Source: a virus. Taken from it: a DNA stretch of 64,000 nt. The translations under genes were made by a program, and so were the position numbers. This document shows, piece by piece, positions 8,917-18,799 of this stretch; the stretch's first letter is position 1; every line of letters starts with the position of its first letter. The stretch lies in the IMG/VR virus record IMGVR_UViG_3300028423_000904, positions 27,540 through 91,539 of that record; one strand, written 5' to 3'. The notes under the pieces were generated by a model. It saw only the letters and a list, made by a program, of their open reading frames with translations, had not been told where the DNA came from and did not search any database.

Positions 8917-10476
8917 ATGAATACGGTCAATACAGACCTGATCAAGAAACCATACCAATCAGAAAAACTGACGAAAGAAGAATTAAGATCGCTTGCTCTT
9001 TCGTCATTTGATCCTCTGTATTTTATCCGTAATTTTTGTTATATTCAGCATCCTACAAAAGGACGTATGTCTTTTGACCTTTTTGATTATCAGGAAGGCT
9101 TGATAAATTCATACAATGATTACCGTTATTCTATCAGTCTTCTCTCACGCCAGACTGGTAAATCAACATGTGCAGCCGCTTATCTACTGTGGTTTGCAAT
9201 GTTTAAACCAGACAGCACAATCCTAATCGCAGCACACAAACGAGACGGCGCAAACGAAATCATGACACGTTTGCGTTATATGTATGAGAGCTGCCCAGAT
9301 CATGTCCGCGCAGGTGTAACAGCATATAATAAAGGTAGTGTTGAGTTTGATAACGGTAGTAAAATTATTGCACAAGCTACCACTGAAAATACCGGACGTG
9401 GTTTGTCACTTTCGCTAGTTTATTTGGACGAATTTGCATTCGTGCCGCCGCGCGTCGCACAGGAATTCTGGACCAGTATTTCACCTACATTGTCCACTGG
9501 TGGTAAATGTATTATTACATCTACACCCAACCAGGATGATGACCAATTTGCACAAATTTGGAAACAAGCTAACAAGCGTATTGACGAATACGGAAATGAA
9601 ACAGACGTTGGTATCAACGGATTTCGACCATACTTGGTCACGTGGGAAGGACACCCGGACCGAGACCAGGAATGGGCAGATAACGAACGTGCCAAAATTG
9701 GCGAAGAAAGATTTCGACGTGAACACGAATGTGAATTTATTGCATTTGACGAAACACTGATTAACAGCATGTTCCTTAGTGGCATGGATCTTGGAATGGA
9801 ACCCATGCGCCGTAGTGGACAAGTGAGATGGTATGATCGTATCCAGGACGGACAAACCTATATTGTTGCTCTTGATCCAAGTCTAGGCACAGGTGGTGAT
9901 CCATCTGCAATACAGGTTTATGCAATTCCAGGTATGCGCCAGATCGGCGAATGGCAACACAACAAAACACCTGTTCAAGGTCAAATCAAGATCATGAAGG
10001 GTATATTAGAAGAACTAGAAGAACATGCTCCAAACAGTGAAATTTATTATAGTGTTGAAAATAATACACTGGGTGAAGCTGCGATTGTTTCAATTGACGA
10101 AATGGGGGAAGAAAATATACCTGGTATATTCTTAAGCGAGCCCCGCCGCAAAGGCAATGTCAGAAGGTATCGCAGGGGGTTCAATACTACAAACTCAACT
10201 AAACTGTCTGCATGTGCAAAACTCAAACGTTGGATTGAAGAAGGCACAATGAAGATACGTAGTAAAAATCTCACACGTGAATTAAAAACATTTGTTGCTC
10301 GTGGTAATAGTTATGCAGCTAAAGATGGAGAAACCGACGATCTGGTAATGTCAAGTTTGCTCGCAGTTCGTATGGCAATGCAAGTTGCAAAATATGATGA
10401 AGAAACATTCAGTGATCTTAAAGATAGTTTTGATGATACAGAACTTCGTCGTCCAATGCCAGTAGGTTTCATATGA
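8917..10476 (+). CDS. gp17: Terminase large subunit
   Basis: SRQTGKS Walker A, YLDEFAF Walker B, ITSTPN, RFRREHECEF, DPS.G.G.D nuclease, DDLVM. Confidence 0.97.
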   Translation: MNTVNTDLIKKPYQSEKLTKEELRSLALSSFDPLYFIRNFCYIQHPTKGRMSFDLFDYQEGLINSYNDYRYSISLLSRQTGKSTCAAAYLLWFAMFKPDSTILIAAHKRDGANEIMTRLRYMYESCPDHVRAGVTAYNKGSVEFDNGSKIIAQATTENTGRGLSLSLVYLDEFAFVPPRVAQEFWTSISPTLSTGGKCIITSTPNQDDDQFAQIWKQANKRIDEYGNETDVGINGFRPYLVTWEGHPDRDQEWADNERAKIGEERFRREHECEFIAFDETLINSMFLSGMDLGMEPMRRSGQVRWYDRIQDGQTYIVALDPSLGTGGDPSAIQVYAIPGMRQIGEWQHNKTPVQGQIKIMKGILEELEEHAPNSEIYYSVENNTLGEAAIVSIDEMGEENIPGIFLSEPRRKGNVRRYRRGFNTTNSTKLSACAKLKRWIEEGTMKIRSKNLTRELKTFVARGNSYAAKDGETDDLVMSSLLAVRMAMQVAKYDEETFSDLKDSFDDTELRRPMPVGFI

Positions 10477-10919
10477 GATACCGTCAGCTGATAGAAAGTC
10501 AGTCATTGGAAAAGCATACAATGTCTGGTGACGACATGGTACGATATATTATTAACCATGAAGATAAAAACTCAAATGTATTTGATCGTCTTAGATACCT
10601 TAATCCAAATGAAATGCAGAGAGAAATACATTTTTTCCATGCAGACCAAGGAAAGATTATATCGAGTTTGGCCTTGCAATCCAATCCATATGATGATACT
10701 GAACTCTGGTTAAAACATGTTGTTGTTGATGAAGAATATCGCAACCGTGGTTTAGCGTCAGAACTTTATCAAATGGCTGTAGATTATGCTCGTAATCAGT
10801 CCAAGGCAATTAAACGCAGTAGTGCAACAGATATGGGACAAAAATACTTGTCACATGTTGTTGACCGTATTAAACGAAAAAACACAGATGTAGAAATACG
10901 CGATCAGGATAAATATTAA
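10473..10919 (+). CDS. GNAT family acetyltransferase
   Basis: V.VDEEYRNRGLASELY acetyl-CoA binding motif A. Confidence 0.85.
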   Translation: MRYRQLIESQSLEKHTMSGDDMVRYIINHEDKNSNVFDRLRYLNPNEMQREIHFFHADQGKIISSLALQSNPYDDTELWLKHVVVDEEYRNRGLASELYQMAVDYARNQSKAIKRSSATDMGQKYLSHVVDRIKRKNTDVEIRDQDKY

Positions 10920-10920
10920 C

Positions 10921-12480
10921 ATGACAAGCTCAATTGAACATATTTCACAACAGGTTTTCAAAATCTTAAAGGGTTTTGGACATGATATCGTTTTGTTTGA
11001 TGAAGACGGACAAAAAACAGTAGATCCTGATGAAGCACGTAGATTTTATATTAAAAATCTCAAAGCAATGATTAATTTTGATGCTGATACAACCAACAAT
11101 GACCTTACTATCAATCTTTCTAAAGGAACAGAGATTGACAACATCAAAAGTATGCTCAATTCTCTGCGTAAACTGTCAAGCCGTTATATTTTGAATTACA
11201 CAGTCAAGACATTCGGAAAAACAATCGGACCAAAGGATTTTTCATTCATGGCGAAGAAAAAAGTAGACGAAAACAAAACAGTTAAAGAGTCAAGAAAGCT
11301 TAGACAACTTCCTGATATACCACAAGACGGAGACCAACTTCTTCTCAAAGGACAAGAAGCTTTTGATAAGATGTCTATGCTAAAAAGAAAAGGCTGGAAA
11401 GTAACCAATCAGGGCACGGCACCTGATGGAACAAAATACATGGTATTTCATTACAGCATGAAAAATCCTCCATCAAAATATGAAGCAGCTGAAAGCACAG
11501 TCAACGAAGGCTTTAGCGGCTGGCACGGGTCAGCTAAAAAGAGTATCAACGAGCTTGGTGATGCAAGATTGGTTGTCAAGCATCGTCGCACCGTTGATGA
11601 AGAAAAGCGCGGCGCAAGAACACGTCAAATTGAAAGTATTTTTATCGAAAATTCAGAAGGTGAACGCTTCAAGTTTCCAAGCAAAAACATCACCGCAGCC
11701 AAGGCAATGGTTCGTCATGTTAAAGAAGGCGGAACACCATTTGATGAATTTGGGCAATATATTTACGAAACCATGGAAGAGCTCAATCAGTTGAAGACAT
11801 TCCAGCGTAAGAATCGCCGCAATGATTTCTTTGAAGATGCACAGATTGGAGAGGAAATTGGCGGACGTATCAATGAACTACGGTCCAATCTCAAGCAAAT
11901 TTCAGGAGTTAAAGGATACGCATATCATTTTGAAAACTTTACCCGTGAAAATGCTGATGTAGATAAAGAAAAGCTTGACGAACTCAAGGATAGTGTTACT
12001 ATCCAATACTTCGATGAGAGCATCTCAGACAGCCTTCCATATGTAGCAAAGGTGATTGAAAACATGCGTGGACGTCAAGCGAAAGAAAATCACATTGTTG
12101 AACTTGCGCAGTATGTCATGAACAATAAAGATGACATTACAATGAGCCGTGAGATCGATAATGACGATCCAGAAAATCCATCAACACGGAATTTCAAAGA
12201 TCCTGCAACCGCAGTCTCAGCTTGGGTTAACTACCTTGCACCTATGGTAAAGGACGATAAATTGTCCAATCTTATGATGCAAGCATCAGATTCGGTTTTT
12301 GAAGTTAGCACCAAACATATTAATATGGCAGCAGCCGCAATCAATGTTATTCGTAAGAATGCGAAGATTGATGAAGGTGCAGAAGAGATCAACGAACAAA
12401 AGCCATTATACGATGAAGAGATTTCATCCATTAATGAAACATTCAGCAAGTATGATATAAAGCATATCTTCCGCGGATAA
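10921..12480 (+). CDS. Hypothetical virion structural protein
   Basis: 519 aa ORF; late promoter GATAAATA 10908-10915; followed by terminator. Confidence 0.75.
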   Translation: MTSSIEHISQQVFKILKGFGHDIVLFDEDGQKTVDPDEARRFYIKNLKAMINFDADTTNNDLTINLSKGTEIDNIKSMLNSLRKLSSRYILNYTVKTFGKTIGPKDFSFMAKKKVDENKTVKESRKLRQLPDIPQDGDQLLLKGQEAFDKMSMLKRKGWKVTNQGTAPDGTKYMVFHYSMKNPPSKYEAAESTVNEGFSGWHGSAKKSINELGDARLVVKHRRTVDEEKRGARTRQIESIFIENSEGERFKFPSKNITAAKAMVRHVKEGGTPFDEFGQYIYETMEELNQLKTFQRKNRRNDFFEDAQIGEEIGGRINELRSNLKQISGVKGYAYHFENFTRENADVDKEKLDELKDSVTIQYFDESISDSLPYVAKVIENMRGRQAKENHIVELAQYVMNNKDDITMSREIDNDDPENPSTRNFKDPATAVSAWVNYLAPMVKDDKLSNLMMQASDSVFEVSTKHINMAAAAINVIRKNAKIDEGAEEINEQKPLYDEEISSINETFSKYDIKHIFRG

Positions 12481-12509
12481 CAAGACGTATCGGATATAAA
12501 ATTTATTAG

Positions 12510-12538
12510 AAGGGCGTTGAGTTTTCAGCGCCCTTTTT
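12510..12538 (+). terminator. Rho-independent terminator
   Basis: AGGGCGTTGA-GTTT-TCAGCGCCCT then TTTT. Confidence 0.85.
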
Positions 12539-12573
12539 GATAAATAAAAATGAACAAGAAATTCAATAAGTTG

Positions 12574-12602
12574 TTGACTTAGATGGGTTTATTGTTTATA
12601 TT
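12574..12602 (+). promoter_or_regulatory. Sigma70-type promoter for SSB operon
   Basis: TTGACT-N17-TATATT. Confidence 0.75.
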
Positions 12603-12687
12603 CAAGATGTTACACCAAAAGAATTGGTAACATGCTTGTCTCAGGCACAAACACAGGCTAATATAGGCTAATATAGGAGAAAACATT

Positions 12688-13692
12688 ATGGCTACACTAG
12701 CAGAAATCCGTGAGAAACTTCTCGCTCAAGAAAAGAAGAAGACACAAGGTGGCGGCGGTTTTGATAACGCCATTTACCCACACTGGAACACCCCCGAAAA
12801 CGAAACAACAGTTGTGCGTTTCCTGCCAGATGGAGACGACAGCAACGATTTCTTCTGGCGCGAGCGTCAGATGATCAATCTGGAATTTAGCGGCATCAAA
12901 GGGCAGGACGAAGGCAAGCCTGTTACAGTTAAGGTTCCTTGCATTGAAATGTGGGAAGGACAAAAGTGTCCAATCCACGAGGAAATCCGTCCATGGTTTA
13001 AAGACCCAAGCATGGAAGACATGGCCCGCAAATATTGGAAAAAGCGTTCATATCTTTTCCAAGGATTGGTTGTTAACAGCGCATTCACTGAGGAAGAGAC
13101 TCCTGAGAATCCAATCCGTCGTTTTGTAATCAGCAAGCAGATTTACAACATTATTCAGAGTGCACTTATGGATCCAGATTTTGGTGACGTGTTGCCAACT
13201 GATTACGACGAAGGTGTAGACTTCCGCATTACCAAGACCAAGAAAGGTCAGTATGCAGATTACACAACCAGTAACTGGGCACGTAAAGAACGCAGTCTTG
13301 ATCAAGAAGAAAGAGACGCGATCGCAGAACATGGTCTGTTCAACCTATCTGACTTCCTGCCCAAGAAACCAACTCCAGAAGAGCTGGATATCATTTTCCA
13401 AATGTTTGAAGCCAGCGTAGATGGTGAGCTTTACGATCCTGAACGTTTCGCAGACTATTACCGTCCATATGGTATGGACAAGCCAGATTCTGGTGCAAGT
13501 GATCGTTCAGCACACAAGAATGAAACACCAAAAGCAGAGCCTGCTAAAACTGAGAGCAGTGCAACATCTGAAGATAGTGAAGAAGATACTTCTGCCAAGC
13601 AGCCAGTGGAAACCCCAGAAGAATCATCTGGTGGTGGCACGGATGCAAAAGACATTCTTGCCAAGATCCGCGCTCGTAAAGAAGCCGGATAA
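12688..13692 (+). CDS. gp32: Single-stranded DNA-binding protein
   Basis: VRFLP, CPI, YWKKRSY, G.DF.I.K..KG.YADY..S; acidic tail; upstream of uvsX. Confidence 0.9.
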   Translation: MATLAEIREKLLAQEKKKTQGGGGFDNAIYPHWNTPENETTVVRFLPDGDDSNDFFWRERQMINLEFSGIKGQDEGKPVTVKVPCIEMWEGQKCPIHEEIRPWFKDPSMEDMARKYWKKRSYLFQGLVVNSAFTEEETPENPIRRFVISKQIYNIIQSALMDPDFGDVLPTDYDEGVDFRITKTKKGQYADYTTSNWARKERSLDQEERDAIAEHGLFNLSDFLPKKPTPEELDIIFQMFEASVDGELYDPERFADYYRPYGMDKPDSGASDRSAHKNETPKAEPAKTESSATSEDSEEDTSAKQPVETPEESSGGGTDAKDILAKIRARKEAG

Positions 13693-13710
13693 TTTTTCAC
13701 ACTCAACTCA

Positions 13711-13739
13711 AGCCAGGCCCTTGGGGCCTGGCTCTTTTT
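13711..13739 (+). terminator. Rho-independent terminator
   Basis: AGCCAGGCCC-TTG-GGGCCTGGCT then CTTTTT. Confidence 0.85.
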
Positions 13740-13759
13740 GCCCTTATTAAGGAGTTCTC

Positions 13760-14869
13760 ATGGCGAATAAACCCTTTGATGTTTCAAAATTTAGAAAATC
13801 AATCACGAAAAGTGTTACTGGACTCAGTGTGGGATTTCGTGACCCAGATACCTGGATCTCAACAGGTAATTATACTCTCAATAAATTAATCAGTGATGAT
13901 TTCCATAAAGGTGTTCCTCTTGGTAAAGTAACGATGTTCGCAGGCGAAAGCGGCGCCGGCAAAAGTTTTATTGCGGCTGGTAATCTAGTTCGTAATGCAC
14001 AGGACCAGGGTATCTTTGTGGTATTGATTGACACTGAAAACGCACTAGACGAAGCTTGGTTGCAAGCACTCAATGTGGATACCAGCGAGGACAAAATACT
14101 CAAACTCAACATGGCAATGATTGACGATGTTGCCAAAGTTATCAATGACTTTGTCAAGGACTATCGCAGCGAGTATGGCGCTCTTGATGAAGATGACCGC
14201 CCTAAAGTCCTGTTTGTTGTTGATAGCTTGGGCATGTTGCTGACACCTACTGATGTTGATCAGTTCAGCAAAGGTGATATGAAAGGCGACATGGGCCGCA
14301 AAGCACGACAACTCAAATCACTTGTAACCAATTGTGTAAACATGTTTGGTGATCTTAATATCGGAATGGTGTGCACTAACCACACATATGCTAGCCAGGA
14401 CATGTTTGATCCGGATCCAAAAATTTCAGGTGGTTCCGGAATGGTATATGCAGCTAGTATTGTTGTCGCCATGAAAAAGATGAAGCTTAAAGAAGATGCC
14501 GAAGGCAACAAATCTGGTGATGTTCATGGTATCCGTGCCGGCTGTAAAGTAGTCAAGTCACGATACAGTAAACCATTTGAGAGTGTTCAGATCAAGATTC
14601 CTTGGGATACAGGCATGGATCCATACAGTGGATTGGTTGAATTTCTTGAAGCACAAAAGCTTCTTGTTAAAACAGGAAACAAGTTGGAGTATACGAGTCC
14701 GGAAACTGGTGAAGTGATCAAACAATTCCGCAAGGAATGGCAATCAAATAAAGATGGTTGCTTGGATCAAATCATGCAGGAATTCGGACATCATGATGTA
14801 ATGTCTAAATTACATGAAGGTGTTGGAGAGCTAAATAGCTCAGAAGACGACGAATCTTCAGAAATTTAA
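13760..14869 (+). CDS. uvsX: RecA-like recombinase
   Basis: GESGAGKS, IDTENA, VVDSLG, NHTY, SGGSG. Confidence 0.95.
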   Translation: MANKPFDVSKFRKSITKSVTGLSVGFRDPDTWISTGNYTLNKLISDDFHKGVPLGKVTMFAGESGAGKSFIAAGNLVRNAQDQGIFVVLIDTENALDEAWLQALNVDTSEDKILKLNMAMIDDVAKVINDFVKDYRSEYGALDEDDRPKVLFVVDSLGMLLTPTDVDQFSKGDMKGDMGRKARQLKSLVTNCVNMFGDLNIGMVCTNHTYASQDMFDPDPKISGGSGMVYAASIVVAMKKMKLKEDAEGNKSGDVHGIRAGCKVVKSRYSKPFESVQIKIPWDTGMDPYSGLVEFLEAQKLLVKTGNKLEYTSPETGEVIKQFRKEWQSNKDGCLDQIMQEFGHHDVMSKLHEGVGELNSSEDDESSEI

Positions 14870-14879
14870 GAGGATAATC

Positions 14880-15134
14880 ATGAAGTTACATGCAACTGAA
14901 GCAGTTGCGCTGGTTGAACTTTGGGCAGGGATTAAAAATTATGTTCCTGCCAAAGATCAGCGCAACTGTGCGGATCAATTCATCAATAATATTGACGAAG
15001 CAGGACTAGTTGATATAGGCATGGTAAGCCAGGATTTGTATGGCGTTTGTGAGACATTTGATAAAGCATTACGCTCATACTGTCAGGAAAATGGCCTGGA
15101 TGATGACATGGATTTAGAAGACTGGGATGAATAA
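14880..15134 (+). CDS. Hypothetical protein
   Basis: GAGG RBS; packed between uvsX and uvsY. Confidence 0.7.
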   Translation: MKLHATEAVALVELWAGIKNYVPAKDQRNCADQFINNIDEAGLVDIGMVSQDLYGVCETFDKALRSYCQENGLDDDMDLEDWDE

Positions 15135-15596
15135 ATGGCCGGTTGGTATAACAAGGTTAAAGACAACCTTGGCAATGTAGTAAATGCAATAGATTATTAC
15201 GAAGCAGAATTCGAGGAAGCCCGTAAAGAAACCAGTCTACATGGTAACCTTGAACGAAATAGCAGAGATCTTCCTGGGCTGGTCTCGTATCGATTTGGCC
15301 AGCTACAGGAAATCGAAGCTATTCTAGAATATCTCAACATTGAATTACGCAAGATACATCGCGCAAAATATCGCAAATACCTTGAGCATTATAATAGAGC
15401 GTTGAGCAGTCGAGATGCTGATAAGTTTGCTGAAGGCGATCAGGAATATATTGACATGGAGCATATTGTCAACGAGTTTGCCCTTGTGCGAAATAAATTT
15501 TTGTCTCTTATGAAAGGATTGGATGCAAAACAATTTCAAATCAATAATATCACGAAGTTGCGAACGGCTGGTCTTGAAAACATCCACTTAGACTAA
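15135..15596 (+). CDS. uvsY: Recombination mediator
   Basis: Helical; YLE.Y.RALSSRD..K...GD; KGLD.KQFQI.NI.KLR.AG; downstream of uvsX. Confidence 0.8.
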   Translation: MAGWYNKVKDNLGNVVNAIDYYEAEFEEARKETSLHGNLERNSRDLPGLVSYRFGQLQEIEAILEYLNIELRKIHRAKYRKYLEHYNRALSSRDADKFAEGDQEYIDMEHIVNEFALVRNKFLSLMKGLDAKQFQINNITKLRTAGLENIHLD

Positions 15597-15607
15597 GAAC
15601 TACAGGT

Positions 15608-15635
15608 ATGGAGCATAAATAGATGTATGCTCCAT
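15608..15635 (+). promoter_or_regulatory. Start-codon-sequestering hairpin containing a late promoter
   Basis: ATGGAGCATA(15608-17)/TATGCTCCAT(15626-35) perfect 10 bp inverted repeat; CATAAATA at 15614-21. Confidence 0.7.
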
Positions 15636-15764
15636 TTCATTTACAAAACTTCATCACCATCAGGAAAATACTACATCGGCCGTCATTCAACTACTGACCT
15701 GAATGACGGCTATTTAGGATCTGGAAAATGGATACGCCAGATGGAAGATATTTCACTAGATTAA
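15627..15764 (+). pseudogene. Truncated GIY-YIG (Seg-like) homing endonuclease
   Basis: 45 aa MLHFIYKTSSPSGKYYIGRHSTTDLNDGYLGSGKW... then stop; not in ORF track. Confidence 0.8.
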
Positions 15765-15775
15765 CAAAAAAGTGG

Positions 15776-15804
15776 TTGACTTACCAAGGCACTTTGCTTA
15801 TATT
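15776..15804 (+). promoter_or_regulatory. Early sigma70-type promoter
   Basis: TTGACT-N17-TATATT. Confidence 0.8.
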
Positions 15805-15830
15805 GATACTGTAAGCAAAGGAGATACGAA

Positions 15831-16004
15831 ATGCAAGTTAAGGTTTTCATCCGCAAAGACAACTGGACGCCCAGCAAGCCCTGGACTGCCGATCTTGAAC
15901 TGGACGGTAACATGTTCCGGAGTTGGATTTCCAATCACAAGACCAAGAAGGCATTGCTTCAAGAAGTCACCGCTGTTGCTCCCAAAGCTGAGGTTATTGG
16001 TTAA
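15831..16004 (+). CDS. Small early hypothetical protein (57 aa, MQVKVFIRKD...)
   Basis: AAGGAG RBS; TAATG coupling to next gene; not in ORF track. Confidence 0.75.
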   Translation: MQVKVFIRKDNWTPSKPWTADLELDGNMFRSWISNHKTKKALLQEVTAVAPKAEVIG

Positions 16005-16255
16005 TGACTGCTATCATCGATTCCAACCGCTTCACCTACTCCAAAGAAACCCAGACGTTTGTCGTTGATCTGAGCGATGTTCAAGCCGAAGCCAATGAAT
16101 ATGGATTGGCTGTGTTTTGCATCCGCAGCACCCGCACTGGCGACATTCGACTGTTCAATTTCGAAGGTGTTGACTACGACCATGAAGGAGATGTTGCTGG
16201 TTATCGTTTTGTTAACGCCAGCCAAGGTCTCCGCGCCCTCCTCATCAACGACTAA
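16004..16255 (+). CDS. Early hypothetical protein
   Basis: Coupled start; in early operon. Confidence 0.75.
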   Translation: MTAIIDSNRFTYSKETQTFVVDLSDVQAEANEYGLAVFCIRSTRTGDIRLFNFEGVDYDHEGDVAGYRFVNASQGLRALLIND

Positions 16256-16270
16256 TCAGGAGTCAAGATA

Positions 16271-16471
16271 ATGACGAAAGAAATCAAATATCACCAAGAA
16301 CGTATTTCTGAAATCAAAGACCGCATTGCTGATAACCGGCGTGAGCTCGAAGAACTTAAAAATTCCGATGCTCCTGGATATCTGATTCCTATGAAAGAGT
16401 TGGAAATAAAGGATAACACCAAAATCCTTCGCAAGCACGAGCGCCAGCTTAAAAAACTTCAAAACCAGTAA
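16271..16471 (+). CDS. Early small coiled-coil protein
   Basis: AGGAG RBS. Confidence 0.7.
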   Translation: MTKEIKYHQERISEIKDRIADNRRELEELKNSDAPGYLIPMKELEIKDNTKILRKHERQLKKLQNQ

Positions 16472-16479
16472 TTTTTTGC

Positions 16480-16508
16480 TTGACGCGGCAAAGCGTCTTG
16501 CATATAGT
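16480..16508 (+). promoter_or_regulatory. Early sigma70-type promoter
   Basis: TTGACG-N17-TATAGT. Confidence 0.8.
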
Positions 16509-16538
16509 GAACACACAAGACACAACAGAGGTTAGAAA

Positions 16539-16829
16539 ATGTCACTCACTGCCAAAGAAGTTCGTGAAATCCGCAGCATCCTTGAACGTTGCGATATGGA
16601 AGATCTGCGCCTTGTTCATCGGCTGATGAAAACCCGCCAGGATTCCATTGGTCGCATGAGCATTGCTACTCTCCGCCGTGGCGCAAAAGTCAAATTCAAG
16701 CCCCGCAAGCGCGGCGGCTATGTTACCGGCGTTGTCGAAAAAGTCAACCAGAAAACTGTTACCATTGGAAAGTGCTCGGATGGTAAAATTTGGCGTGTTC
16801 CGGGCACCATGCTCGAGGAGGATCAATAA
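16539..16829 (+). CDS. Early small basic protein with SH3/KOW-like C-terminus
   Basis: GAKVKF....G.V.KVNQKTV.......WRV; GAGG RBS. Confidence 0.7.
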   Translation: MSLTAKEVREIRSILERCDMEDLRLVHRLMKTRQDSIGRMSIATLRRGAKVKFKPRKRGGYVTGVVEKVNQKTVTIGKCSDGKIWRVPGTMLEEDQ

Positions 16830-17596
16830 TGTTTTATCGTCCTACTGCTGAAACTTATCCGATCATGGATGCAATGGCTGTTGCTGTTTCTGTGGATCGA
16901 GTCCAAGGCTTTGTCAAAAGCGGTCTTGGTTATTACGACAATGAACGTGATGTCAAAGTTGACGACAACCGGACCATGGCTCTACGGACTCTCCGTGTCA
17001 TGCATGGAAAAATGAATCGTCATGATTCGGATGGCAACGAACATTATGTTGTTGAGCCTACTGATGAGGATCGAGCCAAAGCAAAGGAAATCATGGAATA
17101 TTTTGACCAGATCTTGCTCATGGATAAAATGGGCGACAATTTGGTCAAGCAAGGCAAGAATGGGGTCGTCAACAGCTACAATCTTGAACTTAGCCGCGTG
17201 TTTGACAAAGAAGATGTCGACGTGGGTAAAGAGCTTGCGATGATTGTGAGCCTTCCCAATAGTCGCCGCATTGCGACCAAGCGTGATGAGATGGATGCAT
17301 TTTATGCAGAGCATCGTAATCGTGGCTATATCAGTGATGTCAAACAGCGTATCAAGGTTACAGCCAATGTCGTAGATGTAAAATATATTCCGCGCCATTC
17401 CATTCACCTGGCAACCATTGTCACGCCGGAAGGCAAAGTCGGTAAATTCTTTATGAATGACAAGATGAGCGACCTTGCCAAGTCGATTACTGGAACGGAC
17501 GTCACGTTCGTTGGCACTGTTAAAAAGCAGGAAGTCAATGAACACACTGGTTGCCAGGAAACGGTGTTCAATCGAGTGAAATTCCAAGACTCGTGA
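16829..17596 (+). CDS. Early hypothetical protein, possible C-terminal OB-fold
   Basis: Start MFYRP at TAATG overlap with GAGGAG RBS; C-terminal beta pattern ending ETVFNRVK. Confidence 0.7.
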   Translation: MFYRPTAETYPIMDAMAVAVSVDRVQGFVKSGLGYYDNERDVKVDDNRTMALRTLRVMHGKMNRHDSDGNEHYVVEPTDEDRAKAKEIMEYFDQILLMDKMGDNLVKQGKNGVVNSYNLELSRVFDKEDVDVGKELAMIVSLPNSRRIATKRDEMDAFYAEHRNRGYISDVKQRIKVTANVVDVKYIPRHSIHLATIVTPEGKVGKFFMNDKMSDLAKSITGTDVTFVGTVKKQEVNEHTGCQETVFNRVKFQDS

Positions 17597-17618
17597 ACAA
17601 ATGAAAATGTCGTTGGTA

Positions 17619-17651
17619 TTAGCCCTGGGTAGTTCCCGGGGCTAACCTTTT
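17619..17651 (+). terminator. Rho-independent terminator
   Basis: TTAGCCCTGGG/CCCGGGGCTAA stem then CCTTTT. Confidence 0.75.
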
Positions 17652-17693
17652 GAAATCGCTAGAAACAAAAATCCAAATTCGTCCTATGCTTTG

Positions 17694-17722
17694 TTGACTA
17701 TGGTCTCTTTTGAAGCTATAGT
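17694..17722 (+). promoter_or_regulatory. Early sigma70-type promoter
   Basis: TTGACT-N17-TATAGT. Confidence 0.8.
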
Positions 17723-17749
17723 GATAGGGTAGGCAAAGACGAGGACACA

Positions 17750-18781
17750 ATGACTGAAATTATCGTTCGCAAAGGCACATACGCCCGGGAGCAAATCGAG
17801 AACAAGCGGTTCAAGATGCTTCTCAGCCCGCGCATGGGTAAGAAAGGCATGTATGTGACTGTTGATGGCAGCCCGCTAGGGTTTGATGGTCGCAAGATTC
17901 GTATCATGCTTGATCGTGAAGACGATGTTGTTCGCGCCGAAGGCGAAACAGAACCGCAAGTGGAAGAGACTCAGCCCGAGCCCGATGAATCAGACGATGA
18001 GATCATGGAACGGATGCGTCAGAAATTCCAGATTGTGGATGGTATGACGTTGGCCGCAATCCAGGGCAATGTTCGCAGCATGATTATTACTGGTCCTCCG
18101 GGTGTTGGCAAGAGCTTTGGTGTTGAAAACACCATTGAGAGCCTTGATGTTATGGTCAAGATGGAGTTGCTTGATCCCAACACTGTGAATCTAGATGCAC
18201 AGATGAACATGGAGAAGGTTGCTAGCGCCAGTCCGCTTGGTCTTTACCAGCTTTTGTATGAATATCGCAAGCCGGGCTCGCTCCTGGTGCTGGACGACAG
18301 CGACAGCATCCTTTACGATGAAGCTTGTCTCAACATGCTTAAGGCTGTTACTGACTCGGGCAAGCATCGTCGACTAACCTGGCGCACCGAGAGCCGCGTT
18401 CTTGATGATAACGATATTCCGACGCAGTTTGAATTTGAAGGTGCTGTGATCTTTATCACCAACCTTGATTTTGAAAACAGTCGTGGTAAGATCGGTGACC
18501 ACCTCAGGGCAATCGTTTCGCGGTGCCACTACATTGATGTTGGCATTCACGACGTTCGGGAAAAATTCCTGCGTTGCAAGCAGATTATTCGTGATGGTAT
18601 GCTTGACAAGTATGAATTTGAACCGTTTCAGGAGGCAGAAATCCTGAACTATATTGATAAAAACAAGCATAGGCTTCGTGAAATTAGCCTGCGTATGGTA
18701 ACCAAGATTGCTGATCTGGTTCGTATGGATCCGGACGGTTGGCAGAATTACGCAGATAATACTTGCCTTAAAGGCAAGTGA
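17750..18781 (+). CDS. AAA-type ATPase
   Basis: GPPGVGKS Walker A, LLVLDDSD Walker B, IFITN, SRC. Confidence 0.85.
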   Translation: MTEIIVRKGTYAREQIENKRFKMLLSPRMGKKGMYVTVDGSPLGFDGRKIRIMLDREDDVVRAEGETEPQVEETQPEPDESDDEIMERMRQKFQIVDGMTLAAIQGNVRSMIITGPPGVGKSFGVENTIESLDVMVKMELLDPNTVNLDAQMNMEKVASASPLGLYQLLYEYRKPGSLLVLDDSDSILYDEACLNMLKAVTDSGKHRRLTWRTESRVLDDNDIPTQFEFEGAVIFITNLDFENSRGKIGDHLRAIVSRCHYIDVGIHDVREKFLRCKQIIRDGMLDKYEFEPFQEAEILNYIDKNKHRLREISLRMVTKIADLVRMDPDGWQNYADNTCLKGK

Positions 18782-18799
18782 TACACTCCTAGCCGCAGG

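Noticed and set aside
8917-10476. Intein or intron in terminase (also checked helicases and UvsX)
   Set aside because: Lengths are normal and motifs are contiguous
15772-16068. 98 aa ORF in track
   Set aside because: Starts inside a promoter; the 15831-16004 frame has the RBS and coupling
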